A stretch of DNA of 64,000 nt, from assembly GCA_965116885.1 (NCBI GenBank), contig OZ220741.1:4800001-4864000 (forward strand), in the 5' to 3' direction. Below the pieces are notes generated by a model. The model was not told the DNA's origin. It saw nothing but the letters and a program-made list of their open reading frames with translations, and ran no database searches. Source of the DNA: Candidatus Latescibacterota bacterium (GTDB lineage: Bacteria > Latescibacterota > UBA2968). Position numbers and translations under genes: made by a program. Below are positions 57,697 through 64,000 of the stretch, piece after piece; the stretch's first letter is position 1, and the number at the start of each line of letters is the position of its first letter.

Positions 57697-58899
57697 TCAT
57701 TTCGTTTTCCTAAAACTTCCCACATCGTCAAATTGCGGCTCAATCACGACCTCACCTTTAGAGTTGATATACCCATGTTTATCATCAATTTTTAATACTG
57801 CCAAACCATTAGAAAAAGTGGAAATGTAGAAAGGATAATCAACTTGTGGCTCAATGACGAACTCACCTTTAGTATTGATATACCCTTTTTTATTATCATT
57901 TTCTCTTACAAGTGCCAATCCGTTATGAAAAGGAAACGCCATGTCAAATTGTGGCTCAATCACAACCTTGCCTTCCCGATTAATATACCCCCATTTGTCT
58001 CCGATCATTACACGCACCAGTCCCTCTGAAAAATACCAAGCATTATCAACGTACTTTGTGATGGTGCCTCCATCCGCCGACTCTTGAGAAGAATAGGCAT
58101 CATAAAATTGTGGCTCAATCACATACTTACCTTTAGCATCTATATATCCCCACTTACCCATGTAAGATCTCCCGATTTTTACGCCCGCCAATCCCTCTGA
58201 AAAATCCTTTGCCTCGTCAAACCGTGGCTCAATCACAATCTCGCCTTCAGGATTGATATACCCATACTTGCCACGGTAGTCTCCGATTCTCACTACCGCC
58301 AATCCCTCTGAAAAACGCCGGACAGAGTCAAATTTAGGCTTAATCACAATCTCGCCTTCAGGATTGATATATCCATACTTGCCACGGTAGTCTCCGATTC
58401 TCACCACCGCCAGTCCCTCTGAAAAATCCTCTGCCGAATCAAATAGTATCTCGATCACAATCTCGCCTTCAGGATTGATATATCCATACGTGAGATTGTC
58501 CTTGCTACCGATACCTACGACTGCCAACCCTTCAGAAAAAGAATGCGCATGGTCAAATTGTATATCAATCACGACCTCACCTTCTGCGTTGATATATCCC
58601 CACTTGCCGCTATCAGAGTCCCCGATTCTCACTACTGCCAATCCCTCTGAAAAAGACCAGGCAGAGTCAAACTTAGGCTCAATCACGATCTCACCGGCTG
58701 CATTGATATATCCCCACTTGTCTCCGATTTTTACCGCTGCCAACATCCCCTCCATTGTCACAGTATCCAGTTTTGTCTCAATCCTCACATCATCAGTTTT
58801 TAGATTCACCCTTTCATCTGACTCTGGGGCTAACTCCCCCGAATCAGAGCAAGAAAACAGAAGGGTTGAGAAAATCAGGATATATAAGATATTGTTCAT
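57697..58899 (-). CDS. WG-repeat (KWG) lipoprotein
   Basis: Start MNNILY; lipobox LFSC; repeats KWGYIN..GEIVIEP.FD.A..FSEGLA.V, with near-identical 111-bp DNA units at about 58200-58480. Confidence 0.9.
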   Translation of the reverse strand: MNNILYILIFSTLLFSCSDSGELAPESDERVNLKTDDVRIETKLDTVTMEGMLAAVKIGDKWGYINAAGEIVIEPKFDSAWSFSEGLAVVRIGDSDSGKWGYINAEGEVVIDIQFDHAHSFSEGLAVVGIGSKDNLTYGYINPEGEIVIEILFDSAEDFSEGLAVVRIGDYRGKYGYINPEGEIVIKPKFDSVRRFSEGLAVVRIGDYRGKYGYINPEGEIVIEPRFDEAKDFSEGLAGVKIGRSYMGKWGYIDAKGKYVIEPQFYDAYSSQESADGGTITKYVDNAWYFSEGLVRVMIGDKWGYINREGKVVIEPQFDMAFPFHNGLALVRENDNKKGYINTKGEFVIEPQVDYPFYISTFSNGLAVLKIDDKHGYINSKGEVVIEPQFDDVGSFRKTK

Positions 58900-59029
58900 T
58901 GCAACACCACCCCTTCTCGTGATAACACCTGTCCCCTTCTCACAACCCAATCAAATACGACATCTTGAGCAACACTACTCTACTGATCTGGGAGAAAATC
59001 GCCAGCTATTCTAACTATTCTTTTGGTAA

Positions 59030-60949
59030 TCAAAATTTGATCAACTGAGTCATCCATACAGCTACGGGTTTGCCATTGTGTTCGGCAGGCTTGAACAGAA
59101 ATTGCGATATTGCATCTATCGCCGCTTGTCGAAATACCTCCGATCCTATGGTTCTCAAAACCGTCACATCACTCACCGAACCATCCACATTAACTATGAA
59201 CTTCAAAAAGACTTTGCCTTCCAAACTATCTCTGATTGCCTCCTCGGGATACACAAGCTCAACCGAGTGCAGAAGCTTGGGCTTTGCTTCAACCATAAAA
59301 AATTCGAGCACCTTACTACTGTCAGCATCAGCAGACGCAGACGACGCGTTCTGTTGCTTTGGCTTGAACTTTTGTTTTTCTTCAATAAATTTTGCCAATG
59401 CAGCCTGCTGCTCTAGCTCTAATGCGTATCTGGAGCTTTGGGAACCCCCGACAAGTTCTTCACCATTACCAATCGCAATTGGTGGGATAAAGCTGACCGA
59501 ATAAAACAACTCTGATGCCAGTTCCAGTTCTGATCTTTCAAACTCAAACTGTTGCATCATCCATGCAGGCATAGCTTTGCCATCGTGTTTTGCAGGCTTG
59601 AATCGCCATTGCGATACCGCTTCTATGACCGTTTGATGAAATATCTCCGATCCCTTCAAAATGCGCACATCGCTCACTGAGCCATCCACGTTAATTAAAA
59701 ACCTCAATGACACTGTGCCTTCTACCTGATCTCTGATTGCCTTCTCTGGATACACCACTATAACATCAAGCATAACATCATTTACAAGAACGGCCTTTCT
59801 CGAAATCTCGGATTTTTCCCCGATTTCAATCTTTTCCTCAGCCTCGGTTAATTCTATAAACTCACGACTATCAGCATTGCCAGACGCAGGCAATGCACTC
59901 TGGTGCTCTGGTACGGGTTCGAGCTTTTTCTCTTCCTCGACCAATTCTATAATCTCAAGGCTATCTTCGTCCTGCGTGTACGCTTCCCGAATCGAAAAAG
60001 GCACAATCGCCAGACCGATGAGAACCGGAATTGTCAACTGCCATCTGGATCGTTTCACATTGTCATCCTTGAAATTAAGGACATACTCCAATCGTTTCTT
60101 GAGCGCAGTCCCACGCTCGTTGAAATACAGCGCACTCAGTGCAGGACGTCTATCGACAAATCCAAATAACAGCCGTCCATATTCGGCAGGCGTCAGATTC
60201 GTCTCGCGCAACACTGCCTCGTCACAGCGCAACTCGCACAAAAAAGTCAGCCTTCGATTCAGCAGCCAGACCAGCGGATTTATACAAAACAGCGCCATTG
60301 CAATCGCCTGAAAAATCAGCACCCAGATATCGCGATTATCCCGATGCGCCAACTCGTGTGCAACAACACCGCGCAACTCATCGGGCGACCAGGACGACCA
60401 ATGCGCTGGCAAATACAATCTCGGTTTTACAATACCGACCAGAAGCGGAGAACGCAGACTCGCTTTGGCATAAACCTTCATATCCCGTACCTTATCCAGC
60501 GATCCCGCCTCTCTCGCCAGATCAACCGGCACTGCCACACTGAGCGCGCGGTGAAACGCCGCATTCTTCCACAACGTCACACCCGCCCATACCACAACCG
60601 AAACACCCCACAGGCAAAACAGATAAAACGACAGTGGGGGAGGTGGCCCAGGTACAACAACCTTAACCTTATAAACCACATCATAATAAACAGGATCGCC
60701 AATATGTTCCGGCACACCATAAGAAGGAACGGGGTATAAAAACGTCAAAAACTCTGGTAGAGGAATAGCATAAAAAGGTGGCACAAACACCTTCGCCAAT
60801 GCCAGCAAATACAGAACATACCGCAACCGCGTATCCAGCGACATACAGCGATCCACTGCCCACACCAGCAAAATGAACAGCGACACTTCGACAAAATGCA
60901 CCGCATAAAGCGGCCACCACGCCTCGGCCAAATAGATCAACAAACCCAT
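59030..60949 (-). CDS. BlaR1/M56 metallopeptidase fused to two TonB C-terminal domains
   Basis: HELAH, NPLVW, ELRCD; two copies of YPE.AI...EG.V.L.F..NVDGSVSDV..F.PA. Confidence 0.9.
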   Translation of the reverse strand: MGLLIYLAEAWWPLYAVHFVEVSLFILLVWAVDRCMSLDTRLRYVLYLLALAKVFVPPFYAIPLPEFLTFLYPVPSYGVPEHIGDPVYYDVVYKVKVVVPGPPPPLSFYLFCLWGVSVVVWAGVTLWKNAAFHRALSVAVPVDLAREAGSLDKVRDMKVYAKASLRSPLLVGIVKPRLYLPAHWSSWSPDELRGVVAHELAHRDNRDIWVLIFQAIAMALFCINPLVWLLNRRLTFLCELRCDEAVLRETNLTPAEYGRLLFGFVDRRPALSALYFNERGTALKKRLEYVLNFKDDNVKRSRWQLTIPVLIGLAIVPFSIREAYTQDEDSLEIIELVEEEKKLEPVPEHQSALPASGNADSREFIELTEAEEKIEIGEKSEISRKAVLVNDVMLDVIVVYPEKAIRDQVEGTVSLRFLINVDGSVSDVRILKGSEIFHQTVIEAVSQWRFKPAKHDGKAMPAWMMQQFEFERSELELASELFYSVSFIPPIAIGNGEELVGGSQSSRYALELEQQAALAKFIEEKQKFKPKQQNASSASADADSSKVLEFFMVEAKPKLLHSVELVYPEEAIRDSLEGKVFLKFIVNVDGSVSDVTVLRTIGSEVFRQAAIDAISQFLFKPAEHNGKPVAVWMTQLIKF

Positions 60950-61335
60950 TACGCGCCTCCTTTCTCCCTCGCCTCAATCAGCGCGCGCAACTCATCCAGC
61001 TCTTTCCGAGAAAGCTCGCCCGAATCCACGAGATAGGTCGCCAGCGCCCCAAAGGAACCCTCGAACATGCGAGATACCAGCGTGCGCGTCTCGACCTGCG
61101 CCACATCTTCTCGCGACAGGGTCGGTGTGTACACATTCACCGGACCGATCTTCTGCCGATTGAGCACACCCTTTTCAAACAGAATATTCATAATCGTCTG
61201 CACAGTCGTATAAGCCTTCTCGCCATTGGGATACAGATAATCGACAACATCGCGCACCGTAACCTGACGGGCGAGATGCCACACACCATCCATCACTTCC
61301 CATTCGGCCTCAGATAGTCGTTTCTTAGCAGCCAT
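60949..61335 (-). CDS. BlaI/MecI/CopY family repressor
   Basis: LSEAEWEVM..W, AYTTVQTIM..L..KG, F.GS...L; TAATG coupling to the M56 gene. Confidence 0.92.
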   Translation of the reverse strand: MAAKKRLSEAEWEVMDGVWHLARQVTVRDVVDYLYPNGEKAYTTVQTIMNILFEKGVLNRQKIGPVNVYTPTLSREDVAQVETRTLVSRMFEGSFGALATYLVDSGELSRKELDELRALIEAREKGGA

Positions 61336-61356
61336 AAGACTCTCTCCTTGAAATAT

Positions 61357-61400
61357 TACTAATTATTTAGTATTATGACGAACCTAATAGGAGAAGTCAA
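61357..61400 (-). promoter_or_regulatory. Promoter and palindromic operator of the blaI-like operon
   Basis: Minus-strand TTGACT-17-CATAAT (61400-61372) abutting TACTAA-TTAT-TTAGTA (61357-61372). Confidence 0.75.
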
Positions 61401-61494
61401 GCAAAAATCTCATTTTATAAATAAAAAAAGAGCGAACAGGTCTCTTCAACCCACCGCTCAGTTGCGCGACGAATCAGTCATCTTTTTTCTTCGT

Positions 61495-61683
61495 TCAACC
61501 ATCATCCAAACGCCTGGGCGGAGATACCAGAGCCATACCCCGGGTATAAGCCCAATGCCGAGCGGCTTTGGCGAGTTTGGGATTGCCAGACGCGAGCATT
61601 GCGCTGGCCATGCGCTCATCGCCTTCGTGCGCCAGCGCAAACACGACAGTCTGGGGCATCTCTTTCAAGACCTTTGTAAGCAT
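61495..61683 (-). pseudogene. Remnant 3' end of the HEAT-repeat gene
   Basis: HEGDERMASAMLASGNPKLAKAARHWAY.RGMALVSPPRRLDDG near-identical (also at DNA level) to 55544-55683. Confidence 0.85.
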
Positions 61684-61732
61684 CTTTCTCCTGAGCATAA
61701 TCTATGACACATACCCAATATCGCACACAAAA

Positions 61733-62863
61733 TTATTTCGTTCTCCTAAAACTCCTCGCATCGTCAAATTGCGGCTCAATCACGACCTCGCCTTTCGCAT
61801 TGATATACCCATACTTATCATCAATTTTTAATACTGCCAAACCATTAGAAAGAGTGGAAATATAGAAAGGAGAATCAACCTGCGGCTCAATGACGAACTC
61901 GCCTTCGGTATTGATATACCCTTTTTTCTTTTCATTTTTTCTTACAAGTGCCAATCCATTCTTAAAAGAAAATGCCTTGTCAAATTGTGGCTCGATCACA
62001 ATCTTGCCTTCCCGATCAATATACCCCCACTTATCCCCGATCATGACCTGCGCCAACCCCTCTGAAAAAGCATTCGCCTTATGAAATTGTGGCTTGATCG
62101 CGATCTTACCTTTCCCATCAATATATCCCCACCTATCTCCAATTTCTACTGTTGCCAACCCCTCTGAAAAATATCCGAAAAAGTCAAATTTCAGCTCGAT
62201 AACGATCTCGCCTGCTGCGTTGATACATACCCACTTATATACCCACTTGCCCTTGACAAAATCCTCGATTCTTACTGTCGCCAATCCTTCAGAAAAAGAA
62301 AACGCCATATCAAACTGCGGATCAATCACAACCTTGCCTGCTACGTTGATATATCCCCACTTGCGATTGGTGCCATCCTCGATTCTTACTGCCGCCAATC
62401 CCTCTGAAAAAGAATGCGCCTTATCAAGTTGCGGCTCAATCACAATCTCGCCTGCCGCGTTGAGATATCCCCACTTGCCACTGATTAAGCCCCCAGTTCT
62501 TACTGTAGCCAACCCTTCGGAAAAAGAATGCGCCTGGCCAAATTGCGGCTCAATCACAACCTCACCTGCTGCGTTGACATACCCATACTTGCCCCTATCA
62601 GAGTCACCGATTCTCACTACCGCCAGTCCTCCGGAGAAAGACCTGGCATCGTCAAATTGCGGCTCAATCACAACCTCACCTGCTACATTGATATACCCCC
62701 ATTTGTCTCCAATTTTTACTGCCGCCAACTTTTCCTCAATTTCCACAGTATCCTGCTTTGTCTCAGTCTTCCCATCCTCGGTTTCCATTGAGAACAACTT
62801 CCCCGAATCGGAGTAGGGAAATAGCAGTGTTGAGAAAATCATAATGTATAAGATATTGTTCAT
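61733..62863 (-). CDS. WG-repeat protein (paralog of 57697-58899, lipobox Cys absent)
   Basis: Same repeats and C-terminus SFRRTK; N-terminus LLFPYSDSG versus LLFSCSDSG. Confidence 0.9.
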   Translation of the reverse strand: MNNILYIMIFSTLLFPYSDSGKLFSMETEDGKTETKQDTVEIEEKLAAVKIGDKWGYINVAGEVVIEPQFDDARSFSGGLAVVRIGDSDRGKYGYVNAAGEVVIEPQFGQAHSFSEGLATVRTGGLISGKWGYLNAAGEIVIEPQLDKAHSFSEGLAAVRIEDGTNRKWGYINVAGKVVIDPQFDMAFSFSEGLATVRIEDFVKGKWVYKWVCINAAGEIVIELKFDFFGYFSEGLATVEIGDRWGYIDGKGKIAIKPQFHKANAFSEGLAQVMIGDKWGYIDREGKIVIEPQFDKAFSFKNGLALVRKNEKKKGYINTEGEFVIEPQVDSPFYISTLSNGLAVLKIDDKYGYINAKGEVVIEPQFDDARSFRRTK

Positions 62864-62967
62864 TACAACACCTCCCTTTCTCGTGATAGAATCTCACAAC
62901 CCAATCAAATACGGTACCTTGAGCAGCACTGCGCGTCTGGTCTGATGAAAATCGTCAATCGTTCCAA

Positions 62968-64000
62968 CTATTCCAATCGAAACGTGATCGGCATAACCAT
63001 CCACACGGGCACGATTTTGCCATTGTGCTCCGCAGGCTTGAATCGATATTGCGAGATCCCATCTATCGCCGCCTGACGAAATACCTCCGACCCTATGACT
63101 CTCAAAACCCTCACATCGCTCACCGAACCATCTACATTAACCATAAACCTCAAAAACACTCGGCCTTCCAAACTATCTCTGAGTGCCTCCTCCGGATGCA
63201 CAGGCTCAACAGCGTGCAGGACCTTGGGTTTTACTTCAACCACAAAAAATTCGAGAACCTCACTACTGTCAGCATCAACAGGCACAGGCGGCGTGCTCTG
63301 TTGCTTTGGCAACCGAAACGTAATCGGCTGGGTCATCCATATAGCTACGGGTTCACCATTGTGTTCCGCGGGCTTGAACCGCACTTGCGATACCGCGTCT
63401 ATCGCCGCTTGACGAAACACCTCTGTTCCTCTCAAAACCCTCACATCGCTCACCGAACCATCCAAATTGACCATAAACTTCAAAAACACTTTGCCTTCCA
63501 AACTATCTCTGATCGCCTCTTTAGGATACACAAGCTTAACATCGTCCAGAAGTTTGGGTTTTACCTCAACCATATAAAATTCGAGAACCTTACTACTGTC
63601 AGCATCGCCAGATGCAGGCGGCGTGGTCTGTTGCTTTGGCAAGCGAAATATGATCGACTGCGTCATCCGAACGGGCACAACTTTGCCATTGAGTGTCCCC
63701 GGTTTGAACCGATATTGCGAGATCGCGTCTATAGCTGCCTGATGAAATTCCTCCGGACCTTTCAAAACCTTCATATCGCTCACCGAGCCATCTGCATTGA
63801 CCTTAAGCTCCAAACGCACAGTAACTCTTGGTGGGTACACAGATTTGACAGATTGCAAGAGTTCGGGCTTAGCTTCGACCTCGAAAAAATTGGGGATGTC
63901 AACCTCATTACCATCAGCGTCAATTGGCACAGGCGACGTGAGCTGGAGATCTGTGTCCGTGGAATCTAATGAAAACTCAATCGGCATAACCATCCACACG
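62968..64000 (-). CDS. Protein with tandem TonB C-terminal domains (three complete plus the end of a fourth), 5' end outside window
   Basis: Repeated EVKPK...YP...EG.V.L.F.VN.DGSVSDV...FKPA...V.VWM..PI.F. Confidence 0.88.
   Translation of the reverse strand, partial: VWMVMPIEFSLDSTDTDLQLTSPVPIDADGNEVDIPNFFEVEAKPELLQSVKSVYPPRVTVRLELKVNADGSVSDMKVLKGPEEFHQAAIDAISQYRFKPGTLNGKVVPVRMTQSIIFRLPKQQTTPPASGDADSSKVLEFYMVEVKPKLLDDVKLVYPKEAIRDSLEGKVFLKFMVNLDGSVSDVRVLRGTEVFRQAAIDAVSQVRFKPAEHNGEPVAIWMTQPITFRLPKQQSTPPVPVDADSSEVLEFFVVEVKPKVLHAVEPVHPEEALRDSLEGRVFLRFMVNVDGSVSDVRVLRVIGSEVFRQAAIDGISQYRFKPAEHNGKIVPVWMVMPITFRLE

Noticed and set aside
58200..58480. 111-bp repeats as CRISPR or DGR template/variable repeats
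   Set aside because: In-frame WG coding repeats; no reverse transcriptase or cas genes in the window
63025..63969. 314-aa + strand ORF (and similar antisense ORFs over the WG and HEAT genes)
   Set aside because: Shadow frames of repeat-protein genes

Overview
Bacterial chromosomal window of about 50-55% GC with a strongly C/A-rich + strand. The gene content includes PorV-like barrels, T9SS-type C-terminal domains, GWxTD proteins, five Fe/2OG oxygenases, three sulfatase-fold enzymes, and dockerin/LRR/HEAT/WG-repeat surface proteins. This suggests an FCB-group organism such as a Latescibacterota-like, possibly sponge-associated lineage (inference only). The main feature is a five-gene envelope module present twice, pointing away from each other (1240-10471 minus, 35486-46105 plus). 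Its order is small OM beta-barrel, TonB-dependent receptor, about 780-aa secreted protein with a T9SS-like CTD, PorV/PorQ-like barrel, (GWxTD protein in copy 2 only), and a DUF6785-type inner-membrane protein; there is no SusD. Both copies have a strong Shine-Dalgarno driving a Met-Ile-stop minigene in the leader, and copy 1 has a divergent about 90-nt CopA-like small RNA. Between the copies lies a cytoplasmic catabolic cluster (GH4, sulfatases including a Thr-nucleophile variant, Gfo/Idh/MocA, PhyH-like enzymes including two HxG variants), a BrnT/BrnA toxin-antitoxin pair with an internal duplication, and a small decayed island. The right third holds surface-protein genes with sigma54 promoters, an unannotated 35-aa type I toxin-like membrane peptide, and a tandemly duplicated TonB-repeat/WG-repeat/HEAT segment with a BlaI/BlaR1-TonB pair. 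No rRNA, tRNA, CRISPR array or transposase was recognised. All family assignments come from motif recognition by eye, not database searches.
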